A stretch of 64,000 nucleotides of DNA, taken from a virus. Both the position numbers and the translations under genes were made by a program. Under the pieces are notes generated by a model, which was not told the origin of the DNA, ran no database searches, and saw only the letters and a list, made by a program, of their open reading frames with translations. Each line of letters opens with the position of its first letter. Position 1 is the stretch's first letter. Below are positions 20,487 through 31,665 of the stretch, piece after piece. The DNA lies in the IMG/VR virus record IMGVR_UViG_3300021091_000016. One strand, written 5' to 3'.

Positions 20487-22825
20487 ATTCTATTTCCTCT
20501 GTTTGCATTAAATCCACGGCGCTTATCTTTTTTATTCCCAGTAAAAGCAACACCTGCTAATGCCGCACCAGATAATGTCATGGTTCGAGTTTGTAACCCT
20601 ATACTAGCGGTACCAAAATTTTTAGTCAAGGTGTCTTTATAATAGTTGTCTACAAAGCCTAAATCATCCTTATTCAATTTAGCTATTTGCTCAAAGTTTT
20701 CATTCAATGCAGCAGGATTATTTCCAGCTTTATATTTATCCTTTAATAAACCCTTCATCATTCCAGATTGAATATTATCAGAATATGCGCCTACTGCTTT
20801 TTTTACACCTACACCCATTGCACCACCTGCAACACCCATTATAAAGCCTTCCTCAGGATTATCATATAAAGCATAGCCTAAACCAGCACCAACAGCACCT
20901 GAGCCTAATATCTTTGCAATAGAGGTTTTATCACTTTCTAGTGCAGCGGCAAAGCTACTATGTGGCTTTGTTGTCATTGCTGATTGATTATGCGCAGCCG
21001 CAGCAATAGGATTAAACCCTTCCTTTATATTTTGATCATACTGAGTTTTATAAGCATTATAGCTAGTGTCATCCAACATAGGATTAGACAATAACCGTTT
21101 CATTGGTTCTGTTTTTCCACCATGTGAAGCAATAACTTCGTCTAAAGTTTGCCCTTTTATATTCTTGCCAGATTTATCAAAATTTGTAGGGTTTACTTCT
21201 TTTGCAAAAAGATCAACTTTATCAACTTCTACTCCAAAATCCTGAGCTACTTTCTTTTCGTAAGCACCAACGCCTACAGACTCTAAGGATTTGTTATACT
21301 GTTCTTTTAATGCTTCTGCTTTTTTTGCCGCTTCGTCTGCTTGTTGGGTTGCTGCTGCTTGGGTGCTAACAGAAGCTTGTTGTTGTACAGTTGCTTGCGC
21401 TGAGATTTGCGGTGGAGTAGATATAACTGGTTGTGTAGCTTGAGGGGTATTAACAGATTGCGATGCAATTGTTGTTGTAGATGGCGCGGTTTGCGGTGCT
21501 GAAACATTTACGACTACAGGTTGATCGACATTCACAGTTGATTGGTCAAATGAATCATCTGCAGTAGCAAAACCTACCTCTGTTTTTTCGGATTGAGGAT
21601 ACATCTCATCTGCTTCATCTAAAATTTTAGCTTGCTGTGTTTGTGTTTGTACCTCTACTTGACTGGTTGTTTCAGGTTGACTAACATTCTTACTAACATC
21701 GTCAGTGCTAGTGATTACAGGTTGTTCTACAATTACAGTTTCAGGATTAACATTATCTACCTGAGATACTGTAGCTTGCACTGGAGGAGGCGGAGGAGCT
21801 TTAACGATTGGTCTAACTCTATCAGGATTAGCTGCTTTGTAAGCAGGAAAAATATTTTCAATTTCACTTTCAGTTAATCTATGATTCATATGCTCAAATA
21901 ATTCACCATTATGTTCATAAGTTTTATACTCTATACGATCCATCTCCTTGACTGGAATTCCCACATCTTCATTAGCACGGGTATTTAAAAATTTTAATTC
22001 TTCTTCAGTTCTGTTTTGATAAGGACTAAATCTATTAAAGTTTTCGTTAGATAAATCTCGAGTAACTTGCGGCTGCATACTTTCAACTACACTCTCTGCA
22101 CTAGATTTTGCTTGAGATGCTGTAGTGTTGCTAACTTCTGTTAGTTGTGGTTTCATTTTATTAAATGCAGCTATTTGAGCCTCAGTAGTATTGTATCTGG
22201 CATTTAAAGCAGAACGCTCAGCCTCTTCAACTGAATCCTCTAAATTTGACTTTAAATATTTTGTATCTCCTGTCTCTAAATAATGTTTAAAACCTCTGTG
22301 CATTCCAGTATCTTGTGCTTGAATTGCATTCCCTAATCTTATATCGTCTGGGGATATTTCTTTTGATAAATTAGCCGCTAATACTTCCGGGTTAAAATTT
22401 TTCGAATTGATTTCCTTTATATGACTAATGTTAACATTTCCCGTACCGTATTTTTTAAATTTTTCTATATCTTTGTACTCAGTGTTAAAATCTGAACTTC
22501 GAGACTTTGGCATGTTAGCCGCTTGCTCCTGTTTGCCAAAGTGACTATTTTCAAAAGCTTCTAACTGCGTATCCACGTATTCATTAAATCTTTGGGGATT
22601 GCCATTTGCATAAAGTGGTGCTTCTGTCTCTACTTTTCCCAAGGTGCTATTGAAAATTTTTTGTCTGGATCCATAATCCTCCATGTTCTTTAAAGAACCT
22701 ACAGCACTTTGACGCGCATTATACATCGCAATCATTGCTTCTTCGCCAGTTTTAACTCCCGAAGATACCTCTTTCGCTATGCTTTTTACAGCGGTCGCAA
22801 ACTCTTTTGCTATTGCTATTGACAT
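20483..22825 (-). CDS. Putative internal virion/ejection protein with Gln/Thr-rich linker and Gly-rich hydrophobic C-terminus
   Basis: GAVGAGLGY and GVAGGAMGVG glycine-zipper segments. Confidence 0.45.
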   Translation of the reverse strand: MSIAIAKEFATAVKSIAKEVSSGVKTGEEAMIAMYNARQSAVGSLKNMEDYGSRQKIFNSTLGKVETEAPLYANGNPQRFNEYVDTQLEAFENSHFGKQEQAANMPKSRSSDFNTEYKDIEKFKKYGTGNVNISHIKEINSKNFNPEVLAANLSKEISPDDIRLGNAIQAQDTGMHRGFKHYLETGDTKYLKSNLEDSVEEAERSALNARYNTTEAQIAAFNKMKPQLTEVSNTTASQAKSSAESVVESMQPQVTRDLSNENFNRFSPYQNRTEEELKFLNTRANEDVGIPVKEMDRIEYKTYEHNGELFEHMNHRLTESEIENIFPAYKAANPDRVRPIVKAPPPPPVQATVSQVDNVNPETVIVEQPVITSTDDVSKNVSQPETTSQVEVQTQTQQAKILDEADEMYPQSEKTEVGFATADDSFDQSTVNVDQPVVVNVSAPQTAPSTTTIASQSVNTPQATQPVISTPPQISAQATVQQQASVSTQAAATQQADEAAKKAEALKEQYNKSLESVGVGAYEKKVAQDFGVEVDKVDLFAKEVNPTNFDKSGKNIKGQTLDEVIASHGGKTEPMKRLLSNPMLDDTSYNAYKTQYDQNIKEGFNPIAAAAHNQSAMTTKPHSSFAAALESDKTSIAKILGSGAVGAGLGYALYDNPEEGFIMGVAGGAMGVGVKKAVGAYSDNIQSGMMKGLLKDKYKAGNNPAALNENFEQIAKLNKDDLGFVDNYYKDTLTKNFGTASIGLQTRTMTLSGAALAGVAFTGNKKDKRRGFNANRGNRI

Positions 22826-25026
22826 TACCAGCTCCTATTCTTTGAGCCAAAACGTCCTCTTTTTTGAGAAACCCCAAACGAAGACATACTGTTTTGACTA
22901 GGGTTATTTTTCCAATTCTCTATACCATCTAGTATAGAAGGTTGCTTTTCTTTAATCAAATTACGACCAGATTGCTTAGTATTAGATTGATATGCAGGTA
23001 AACCATCCTGCCTATAGATATCCTTTACTGCCTTGTCTTCCTCTATCGAACCGTTACCTCGCATTATTTTTAATACATTCACTTGTCCTGGAAATGCTTT
23101 TTTCTGCGCATCAAATAGCTTACTATCAGCTTCATCATGTGGAGATATGTAAGTGCTTGCATGCTCTCCTTTTTTATGGAAGCTAGGTACTGATAGCATA
23201 TTAGTTTTACCAGCATAAACAGATTCCTCTAATACTAAAGCTCCAAGAGCAAGCATTAAAGCATCTAATCTATGGTCTCCAATTCTATCATTATTCATAC
23301 CGTACACTGGTTTACCTGTTGTTGGATGTCGTTTTGCAATAACATAATTTTGTAGCTGTGCTCTTAGCTTTTCATCATCTGCTGGGAAAATAAAATTACT
23401 GTCTTCAAAAACTCTTTGCGCGTTTTCTACTAAAAAGTTTTTCCCAGGCTTTTTAATTACATCATTTGTAACAGGGTCTTTTAGCTCTACCATCTTAGAG
23501 AAATTAAATGCAGTTAATCTTTCTGGAATTAAAACAGTCTCAACATCTATTGCAGTTTTGTTTGGTTTTTGCCTAAGTCTATACGCCTCGTATCTTAAAT
23601 CTTCAATAATAGTATGTCCATAGCCTTCATCTGCATAGATATAATTAGGCTTCCATTTATAATTTAATTTAATCAACTCAGCAATCCATTTCCTAGCAGA
23701 ATATTCCTCGTGAGGAATATTAATTGCATCTAACGCTACCCACATCTGAGCCATTGGAAAATAACCTACAACATAAAATTCTGTTCCGGCATTTTTATTC
23801 CAGTCAATGCCAATTGCTATAGAACGATTATTCGAGCCTGCAATACCTAATTTATTTGTCAAGAATGCACTTGAGCTAGTATCCAAATAGCTATAATCAA
23901 TTCTTGCTTTTTGAATCCAATCTGCTTTAAATACACCATCCTCGGAATCTATAAAAACCGCCATATATTCCGCCATAAAAGATTCCTTAGTAGAGTCTCT
24001 AAGTATTTCCTCTTTAATTTTCTCCCAGTGAGGTATTACACTTGAAGGATGAAAATCCTCTTTAAAATCTGCACGCTCTAAGCACCATTCATAAAACTTA
24101 GATTTCTTACCAATTGGTGTTGATGTAGCTATAAGCATTGTATCTGGTGTAGTAGCTAAAATAGGATTGATTACTTTATCTAATACGTCCTTTGGAATCA
24201 TATCCATTTCATCTAGATAAACTATATCTGCAGACTGACCACGCATAGTACCACCACCAGAGCCATCCTGACGCATACCAATACCTGAAACAAAGCCTTG
24301 TATAGTTGCTTGAGATTTAAACTCCATTTTAAAGGTAGGAGTTTTAATATAAAGATTATCTCCAGTACCGCTGGTAACCTCACTTCTTAGCTCGTAATTA
24401 CGTTTAATTAGCTTTTCCATTTCTTCAAAAATTGTAGTTAATTGAGCCTGATATGGAGTTACTATCATTATACTTGGACCAAGCATAACCTCGTTGCCCT
24501 GAAGGTCTCTACCCTTATTTACCTTCAAATTAAACGCATAATAAAGTAGCTTAAGCGCACTCATAAAGGTTTTACCAGAACGACGCCCCTCTCTAATTGC
24601 AATACGCTTAGAGCTACATCTAAGCTGTTCCTTTTGATATGCTCTTAGCTTCCATTTAGGGTCTTCATCATTGAAGCCAAACATTAATTCAGCCCATGCT
24701 ACAGGGTCTATTGTAGCTAATAATATCTTTTTAGCTTGTTCCTTTGGCACACCACTCTTTTGTACAATCTCGTCTAGCTTAGATGCACTGCCAGGAGGTA
24801 AACCTCTAGGGATACCCTTACATGGGATTATAAAATCCTTTTGCTCAGGATATTTAGCGGCCTGTCTTATTTGACAGCTGATGCAGGTTTTATGCACATC
24901 TGTACGAATATTATAATTTTCTTTATAATATTCGATTACATCCTCTGGTATCTCTGCATTTACTTTATGATGAGTCACACCATATTCATTTGTTTCATAC
25001 AAGAAATCTATGTCCGGTTTTTTCAT
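22825..25026 (-). CDS. terL: Terminase large subunit
   Basis: LRAYQ, Walker A GRRSGKT, Walker B VYLDE, coupling STP, nuclease IGIDW and DHRLDA. Confidence 0.92.
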   Translation of the reverse strand: MKKPDIDFLYETNEYGVTHHKVNAEIPEDVIEYYKENYNIRTDVHKTCISCQIRQAAKYPEQKDFIIPCKGIPRGLPPGSASKLDEIVQKSGVPKEQAKKILLATIDPVAWAELMFGFNDEDPKWKLRAYQKEQLRCSSKRIAIREGRRSGKTFMSALKLLYYAFNLKVNKGRDLQGNEVMLGPSIMIVTPYQAQLTTIFEEMEKLIKRNYELRSEVTSGTGDNLYIKTPTFKMEFKSQATIQGFVSGIGMRQDGSGGGTMRGQSADIVYLDEMDMIPKDVLDKVINPILATTPDTMLIATSTPIGKKSKFYEWCLERADFKEDFHPSSVIPHWEKIKEEILRDSTKESFMAEYMAVFIDSEDGVFKADWIQKARIDYSYLDTSSSAFLTNKLGIAGSNNRSIAIGIDWNKNAGTEFYVVGYFPMAQMWVALDAINIPHEEYSARKWIAELIKLNYKWKPNYIYADEGYGHTIIEDLRYEAYRLRQKPNKTAIDVETVLIPERLTAFNFSKMVELKDPVTNDVIKKPGKNFLVENAQRVFEDSNFIFPADDEKLRAQLQNYVIAKRHPTTGKPVYGMNNDRIGDHRLDALMLALGALVLEESVYAGKTNMLSVPSFHKKGEHASTYISPHDEADSKLFDAQKKAFPGQVNVLKIMRGNGSIEEDKAVKDIYRQDGLPAYQSNTKQSGRNLIKEKQPSILDGIENWKNNPSQNSMSSFGVSQKRGRFGSKNRSW

Positions 25027-26234
25027 TAAAGTCTTCCTATGTTTGAAAAATAATCTCTATTCATATGTATTATCGATGCTTCATTTCCTAAAGCCGATCT
25101 ACTATTTGTATGAGAACTATTCATTGCTTGCAAGGCTCTTTGACGCATAGTCACTGCATTTCTACTAAAATAGGGCTGTACATCTCCTGCAGTATCTAAC
25201 CTGGGTCTATTTGCACTGTTGCGTCTCATTGTTTCAGAAAACAAATGAGAGCTCACCGTACCCATAATTGCAGATGCACCAAATATCGTTGCAGAAACTG
25301 CTAAGCTACCAATACTAGAAAACGCAGCACCACCTATTGCAGCACCACCTATTGCACCAAATATACCGCCTGCAGCTCCTAGCATAGTTGAATTATCCGC
25401 ACCTAACATAGCTGAAAAGGATTCACCTAAAAACTTACCTGCTGAATACCCAGCACTAGCACCCATGCTTGCACCTATCATCGGCGCTGCAACACCTAGT
25501 ATTCTATCTACAAAGGGTACAGCCTTAACACTACCTATACTACCAATTCTAAAAAAGGAATTAGGATTAGAAACCTTATAAGCTCGAGCCTGATCAGTTA
25601 AACCTTTAGACATGTTTGCTTCATTATAAAATCCAAGTCTTTGCTCTGCAGTAAAACCAGCATTAGACAGTACACTTGCTTGCTGTGCTGCGGTGTATTG
25701 TCCTAAGGCTTTAACCTGATAGGAATTTTCTAAACCAAAATGCAAACCTATACCGTAAGAAGTAACACCACCAAATAAACCTTCTACACCACCCTCTTGA
25801 TAGCTACTATAACCAGTGTAAAGAAGCCCAGCTGCATTAACCCCAGCAAACAATTTACCAATATTAATTGGAGTGTTTCCTGCTACACCTAATCTCCGAG
25901 TGCTATTAAGTATTGCATTATCTAACTCTTGGGCTGATTTCATAGAGTTAGCCATATTCATTAGCTTGCCTTCCTTACCACTAAAATTAGGAAAAACCTT
26001 AATATCTTTAAAGTTTACTCCACCACCCATAGCCTCGTCATAAATTAAAGGCATCAAGCTAGTACTATTGGTAACATTACCTACAAATGGCATAGAGCCA
26101 ACTGCAGCACTAAAAAAGCTATTTTGTAATACGCTAAATTGACTTGCTGCAATTGCACCAATTCCTGCAACACCTAAAGCGTTACTAATTACGTCCCTAG
26201 TACTTAAGCCTTCTTCGTCTCTTGGATTACTCAT
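25026..26234 (-). CDS. Gly/Ala-rich membrane-active protein, putative ejection protein
   Basis: GAAGGIFGAIGGAAIGGAA glycine zipper. Confidence 0.45.
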   Translation of the reverse strand: MSNPRDEEGLSTRDVISNALGVAGIGAIAASQFSVLQNSFFSAAVGSMPFVGNVTNSTSLMPLIYDEAMGGGVNFKDIKVFPNFSGKEGKLMNMANSMKSAQELDNAILNSTRRLGVAGNTPINIGKLFAGVNAAGLLYTGYSSYQEGGVEGLFGGVTSYGIGLHFGLENSYQVKALGQYTAAQQASVLSNAGFTAEQRLGFYNEANMSKGLTDQARAYKVSNPNSFFRIGSIGSVKAVPFVDRILGVAAPMIGASMGASAGYSAGKFLGESFSAMLGADNSTMLGAAGGIFGAIGGAAIGGAAFSSIGSLAVSATIFGASAIMGTVSSHLFSETMRRNSANRPRLDTAGDVQPYFSRNAVTMRQRALQAMNSSHTNSRSALGNEASIIHMNRDYFSNIGRL

Positions 26235-26236
26235 AT

Positions 26237-29200
26237 TTACATCCTATTGTGTTGTATTGGATTTGCCTTTAAGCTACGGTTAGCATTATGCTGTAATGCT
26301 TCCATTTGTCTTATTCTTGCGGCTTTATTTCTATTACTAGCTGCTGGCATAGCAGCATGACTTACTGGATTTCTAGTAGCTTCTATTAAAGCTATATTGT
26401 TATCAAGCATAGAACCATTATATTGTAGCTTGTTTGTTAATTGCTTTGAGCCTTTAGTTTCTATCAAACGCTTCAAATCATTTTGAAGCTCAGGTAAAAA
26501 TTCATTATGCCTTGCTGGATTTAAATGCATATCAATCGAACTATAGTCGTCCTGAAATGGCTTTCCAAATCTTTTATCCTGATAGGTTAACTGTAATCTT
26601 GCAGTTTGTAAAAAGTCTAGCTTACTTTTAGTTTTGGTTTGAGAGAATTTTATATCATTTACTATTTGCTCTATTTCCTGCTTATGCGCATCTGTAACCT
26701 TTGATTCCTTTTGAGCAGACAACATCACACCTAACATATTTGTTAAATTTGAATCTCTAGCGGCTTTATTATAATTAGCAAAGGTATTGAAGGTTACAGA
26801 TTGATTTGTTTGCTTATATATATCATTATATACCTGAAAGAATGGCTGACTAAACATACCTCTTCTAGATTCCATAGCATATTTTTGCGCCGCAGAAAAA
26901 GCTTTCTCATTATACATTTGCTCCTCACCCTTACCTTCGTATGGTAAGTAAGCAACTGCACCTCTCTTTAACAGCTCTAAATTTAAATTCTTATCTCCAG
27001 CCATCAAGGTAGCAACCTGACGACCATAGGTTACATTTGCTGGATCAAATACTAGGCTTAAGTCCTTTCCTTCATCTACCATTTGCTGAAGTATAGCCTT
27101 AGCCTGTTCTGCGTATGGCTGTGCTGCTCTATCATCATGTGCAGTTTCTGGAGCATCAATACCAGCTAAACGGAAGCTATAATTTCCACTACCCATAAAT
27201 TTAGCTAAAGCATTATCTGGAGTACCTCTTTTTTGAAGCGTAATAGTATCAGCATCCTCTACTGTAATGTCATAGCCATCCTTGAGATTTAACTTAACTA
27301 AATTCGCACCCTTAAGTGACATTGCTTCCTGAGGTGTTATAGCCTCTACGCTTGTAGGAAAGCTACGCATAGGCTCCTTGAATCTAGCACCTACAAAGCC
27401 TCGTAGCATAGTATATATATCACCCTTAGCTGTAAAATATCTTTCGGTAAATGCCGCGCGTGTATATTCTCTTCTTTCCTGCATTAGCTTTTGATCTTCA
27501 AATACTGCAAAGCTTATTCCTGGACCTTGATATGGAGAACCAAAGTCTGTCATTGCTTTACGTAATAATGGCGCAATACCCTGCTCTGACATACCTTCAG
27601 AGCTTGCATAGTATTTATCATTTAAACGTTTTCTAAACTCGTTCTCTCCACCAAAGAATTGTGCTTGGTTCTGAAACCAAGCATCAAAATCAGGAGATAA
27701 AATAGAATCTGGTTTTTCTGGTGTTTGCTGCAGACTCAAAGCCGCTAAACCTAAGACTCCAGCGCCATACATACCAAAGAACTTAGCACCAGCAGGACTA
27801 TCTAATAGCTGTGTATAGTATTTGTCTAATCCGTTATCAAAGCTTTCAGTAAGTATTTTATTTGCAATTTGATTACGCTCACTAGCATTTAATAATGGTA
27901 CCTGCTTAGAAACTCTTTCAAAGCTCTCTAAGCTTTCTACACCTGGAGTAACTGTTGGTTTTTGACTTAAATCTATAGGTGCTTCATATAGATGCTGTTT
28001 AAGCTCTGGCTCTGTTAATATAGGTACCTGTGCATTAGCAGTTCTAGGAAGCTGTTTGTAGCTTTCCTCTAGCTCTACATTTACTTGAGCATATTGCTTG
28101 GCCATTTGCTCAGTAGATAAATCCTTTGAATAGCTAGGATCAGCATATTCAGTACCATAGGATGTAATCACCTTACCTGTTTTTTGATAATCCTCAAAAT
28201 CTAACCTGTATTGCTCTAGGCTTTTGTTTCCATAAACATTTATAGAGTTAATATCTGATTCAAAGGCTAGCTGAGATTTACCAAAGGTGGAGCTTCTGAG
28301 TGCAGCCTGTTGAATTGATTTCTTTTGTAGATATGCAAAATTATTCTTATCTCTAGACAATATTTGCTCAGTAGTTAAGTTAGAGCCAGTGTCTGCATGA
28401 TGCTTGGATTCAAAAAAGGCTTCTACAAAATCTGTTTGATTTGGCACGCCAGCAGCTGTTCTAGTACCTGCTCCAGAGCCTATGGCTTCTCCACTATAAT
28501 ATGTAGCTCTTGCACTAGTTAATTCCTGTTCAGTAAATCCACTAGGAGTAGTACCATAGCCTGTAATTCTAGAATATTCATCTATTTCATTTAATACATT
28601 TAGTGAGTATTGCTTTTGATTACCAGTAGATAAAAGACTTGCAGTTTGCTTATGCTCCTGCGCCATGCTTAGGGCTTCACGTATTTGTTGAGCAACTCTT
28701 TGTTCTGCAGTACCCTTACTTATTTCTGCTTCAGGCTTTATAGGTAGTATTGAATCTGAATGAAATATTCTATCGACCTTTTGTAATAGCTGTTCCTTAT
28801 TTAGTACACTCGAAACCTTTTTAAAGCTTTGAATAGTATCGCTTGCAGTTTTCTCTCTATCAGTCGTAAATTTAACTAAAGCATTTCTTGTTGCTACAGC
28901 CTTTTCAGATTGGTCAGATTTATCTAAAAGCTCAGGTACAAATTCATAGGCATCTCTTGAGGTTTGATAAATAAAATTATTTGCTAATAGCTCCTGCTCA
29001 AGCTTTGCATAATCCTGTTCTCTATTCTTATAGCCATATAATGGATTATTTAATATTGATTGCTTGTACTCATGATAGCTTTGTATAAAATCTCTATCAT
29101 ATCCAGGACTTTGTACCTTTACTCTTTCTAAAAATGCATAATCAAAAATAGAAACCTGGTCTCTATATAATGGCTTTGCAATAATTCTAGATTGAGTTAC

Positions 29201-30937
29201 ATAACCAAATTCAGAGATTTGCTTTAAATCACTAGCAAAGCGTTTATTAAGATTTATAGCTTCTATTGATGGTGCTAGCTCCTGCATTAGCTGAGCATAG
29301 ACCATTGACTTATATAAAGGACCCTTTCTTTGCTTGGCTAGCTCTGCTAGCTCTTTACCTTTTTCAGTTTGCTTTAAATATTCATTTAAGGCTTCTGCTT
29401 GCTGCATTGATTCTGTTAATGCTACATTTTCGTGTAGCATAGTATCTAACCCTGCAGTGTGGGTTTCCTTAAAGTCAGAAAGTATTTCAGTTAAAGCTTC
29501 CTCACTAGCTCCCTGCTCGAGCATATTAGTGAACATATACAAGCGTGACTGTGCTTCCATAGAAAGACCTATAGGTCTTTTTGCATCTAATAAGCCTGCA
29601 TTAATTAACATGCTTTGTTGTGCACGAATCACATCTTGAATATCTAAATTAGAAACCCCAGATGCAGTAGCTTGCATCTTAGCCTGTATATTACTAAAAT
29701 CCTTAAATAGCTTTGCTTCAGTTAAAGACTTATTATATTCAATACCAGTAGCATAAAATGGTTCAGCAGTAGATGCTGATATTGGTTGACCTAATTGAGC
29801 AAATGGACTTGCACTAAGATAAGCTCTAGAACGAATTTCAGCTACATCTGCCTTACTTAAATCTCCAGTGATGTTCTTTTCCGCGCGATACATCTGTTCT
29901 TCAATTTCTAAATAAGGCTGTGCAATCGCTCTAGTTTGTGCACCAAACTTTTTAGATTCAAAGCTAAGATTAGCAACAAATAAAGCCTTACCAGCTCTTG
30001 TTTGAGCAATTAGCTCCATAATATCTGACATAGGAGCATGCATTACATTTATTTTAGTAGACTCAAAAACATTCTGTACATACTGTCCCGAAAGCTTAAG
30101 TCTTTCAGCATAAGCCTGCTTTAGCTTATTAAAAAAGTTCGGATCATATTTAACATTTTTATCATACAAATATCTTAAATATTCCGCCTCTGAAGCATTT
30201 TGTTTAGCAAATTTTTCAAAGCCCTCTGAGCCTTCTAGTATGTATTTAGCTAAGAATTCCTCATCTCTAGAAAAAGCCTCATGAAAACCAACACCCTTTA
30301 ATAGCTCCTGATCCTGATAAATGCTTAAATCCTCAAGCATAATCCCAGCCTTTTGAAGCTCTTTCTCTGGTGCTAATATAGTATTGTCAGCATCTATTGC
30401 TGACAATCTGCGTAATCTATCCTCTAACGCATTTACCTTATTCTCCAAAACAACATTATTATTAAATTTATTCTGAGATTTTAATCGTTCTATATTTTGA
30501 ATTATTTCAGAATATTTGCGCTTATTCATTAAATAATCAGCAAATGCTATATCTCTATATGTCATTTGTTTAAGTAATGGTTCAAATTTAGCAGGCTCTC
30601 TTTGTCTTAATCCAGCTAAAACATCTATATCTACAGTAGAAGCACTAGAAGCTTTAGTAGCTGCATTAGCCTCAGATTCTATTTTTCTTATTAAATTAAC
30701 CTCAGGTATATATATATTTAAATTTCGATTATTCAAATCATACATAGCAATTTCATGTATAGACTCAGTCTTAAGACCAAGAGTCTCTATATCTAAAATC
30801 ACTGCATTTTTAAGAATACTCTCAGTACTACCAAAAACCTGCTCTTGTCTAGGCTGGTCAAAAGCCAGTTGTTTTTGACTTGGATCAGAAAGAAGAGTAT
30901 AGCTAGCGAAGCTAAAATTAGTTTTTTTCTTTTTCAT
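26237..30937 (-). CDS. 1566-aa protein with N-terminal DEDD exonuclease-like motif and C-terminal staphylococcal nuclease (SNase) domain
   Basis: ILDIETLGL...IHEIA; VEDADTI...RLAGIDAPE...YGRQVA...NLELLKRG. Confidence 0.7.
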   Translation of the reverse strand: MKKKKTNFSFASYTLLSDPSQKQLAFDQPRQEQVFGSTESILKNAVILDIETLGLKTESIHEIAMYDLNNRNLNIYIPEVNLIRKIESEANAATKASSASTVDIDVLAGLRQREPAKFEPLLKQMTYRDIAFADYLMNKRKYSEIIQNIERLKSQNKFNNNVVLENKVNALEDRLRRLSAIDADNTILAPEKELQKAGIMLEDLSIYQDQELLKGVGFHEAFSRDEEFLAKYILEGSEGFEKFAKQNASEAEYLRYLYDKNVKYDPNFFNKLKQAYAERLKLSGQYVQNVFESTKINVMHAPMSDIMELIAQTRAGKALFVANLSFESKKFGAQTRAIAQPYLEIEEQMYRAEKNITGDLSKADVAEIRSRAYLSASPFAQLGQPISASTAEPFYATGIEYNKSLTEAKLFKDFSNIQAKMQATASGVSNLDIQDVIRAQQSMLINAGLLDAKRPIGLSMEAQSRLYMFTNMLEQGASEEALTEILSDFKETHTAGLDTMLHENVALTESMQQAEALNEYLKQTEKGKELAELAKQRKGPLYKSMVYAQLMQELAPSIEAINLNKRFASDLKQISEFGYVTQSRIIAKPLYRDQVSIFDYAFLERVKVQSPGYDRDFIQSYHEYKQSILNNPLYGYKNREQDYAKLEQELLANNFIYQTSRDAYEFVPELLDKSDQSEKAVATRNALVKFTTDREKTASDTIQSFKKVSSVLNKEQLLQKVDRIFHSDSILPIKPEAEISKGTAEQRVAQQIREALSMAQEHKQTASLLSTGNQKQYSLNVLNEIDEYSRITGYGTTPSGFTEQELTSARATYYSGEAIGSGAGTRTAAGVPNQTDFVEAFFESKHHADTGSNLTTEQILSRDKNNFAYLQKKSIQQAALRSSTFGKSQLAFESDINSINVYGNKSLEQYRLDFEDYQKTGKVITSYGTEYADPSYSKDLSTEQMAKQYAQVNVELEESYKQLPRTANAQVPILTEPELKQHLYEAPIDLSQKPTVTPGVESLESFERVSKQVPLLNASERNQIANKILTESFDNGLDKYYTQLLDSPAGAKFFGMYGAGVLGLAALSLQQTPEKPDSILSPDFDAWFQNQAQFFGGENEFRKRLNDKYYASSEGMSEQGIAPLLRKAMTDFGSPYQGPGISFAVFEDQKLMQERREYTRAAFTERYFTAKGDIYTMLRGFVGARFKEPMRSFPTSVEAITPQEAMSLKGANLVKLNLKDGYDITVEDADTITLQKRGTPDNALAKFMGSGNYSFRLAGIDAPETAHDDRAAQPYAEQAKAILQQMVDEGKDLSLVFDPANVTYGRQVATLMAGDKNLNLELLKRGAVAYLPYEGKGEEQMYNEKAFSAAQKYAMESRRGMFSQPFFQVYNDIYKQTNQSVTFNTFANYNKAARDSNLTNMLGVMLSAQKESKVTDAHKQEIEQIVNDIKFSQTKTKSKLDFLQTARLQLTYQDKRFGKPFQDDYSSIDMHLNPARHNEFLPELQNDLKRLIETKGSKQLTNKLQYNGSMLDNNIALIEATRNPVSHAAMPAASNRNKAARIRQMEALQHNANRSLKANPIQHNRM

Positions 30938-31665
30938 TTATCATCCAATAGAATCTCATCTCCTATCACTATAACATCATCCTGCTGAATTAATAAAGCC
31001 TCTCTAAGCTTTTGTATCTCCCCCAAAACCTTAGAGTTACTCTGCTCAGAGCCTAGCCTACTAATAAAATTAGCCTTAGCATTTCTAGTCTCTAAAAGCT
31101 TCTCTAACCATTTCTCTCTGCGTTTTTCTAAGCGCTCAATCAATTCAAGCAAAGGATGTAGCTTTGTTTGACTAGAAACATCACCATTCTCATTAAACCC
31201 AGTAATCTCAGTTAAAAGAAAATCCTTACCAAAGCCATTCTTATCTCCATTGGCTAATACAGTTAAAGCTCTATTCTTATATAAATCAATTAACGCTAGC
31301 TCATCTACAATAGACATCTCTACTGGATTATTAGGGTCTACATCCAGATGAGACATATACTCTATAATTTTTTGCTCTACAAAATATTTCTCTACAATAC
31401 AGCTTTGATTTACAGGATACATATCTAAGCTAAGCTTATTTAACTTACCATTATCATCTACATCAGGAATAGGACAACGAGAAAGAAAGGGACACTTATC
31501 TGGTCCCTGACATATAATAGGAGAAAGAGTGTGTACGCCTTGTGTAGCAACCTTATTTTTAACACGGTCTAGCTTATGCTGTGGTATTTTAGATAAATAT
31601 TTTTCGTAGCGTTCATCATTCGCTAGCTTATTAAAGTATTGCAGCTGTCGTTCTTGCTTAGACAT
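30934..31665 (-). CDS. Probable terminase small subunit (start reassigned to MSKQER)
   Basis: First gene of the packaging operon; Cys-rich N-terminus; KLHP..ELIERLEKRR helix; AGGA RBS before the ATG at 31665. Confidence 0.5.
   Translation of the reverse strand: MSKQERQLQYFNKLANDERYEKYLSKIPQHKLDRVKNKVATQGVHTLSPIICQGPDKCPFLSRCPIPDVDDNGKLNKLSLDMYPVNQSCIVEKYFVEQKIIEYMSHLDVDPNNPVEMSIVDELALIDLYKNRALTVLANGDKNGFGKDFLLTEITGFNENGDVSSQTKLHPLLELIERLEKRREKWLEKLLETRNAKANFISRLGSEQSNSKVLGEIQKLREALLIQQDDVIVIGDEILLDDK

Noticed and set aside
22825-25026. Intein or intron in terL
   Set aside because: Motifs are contiguous; no intein splice-junction or LAGLIDADG signature seen
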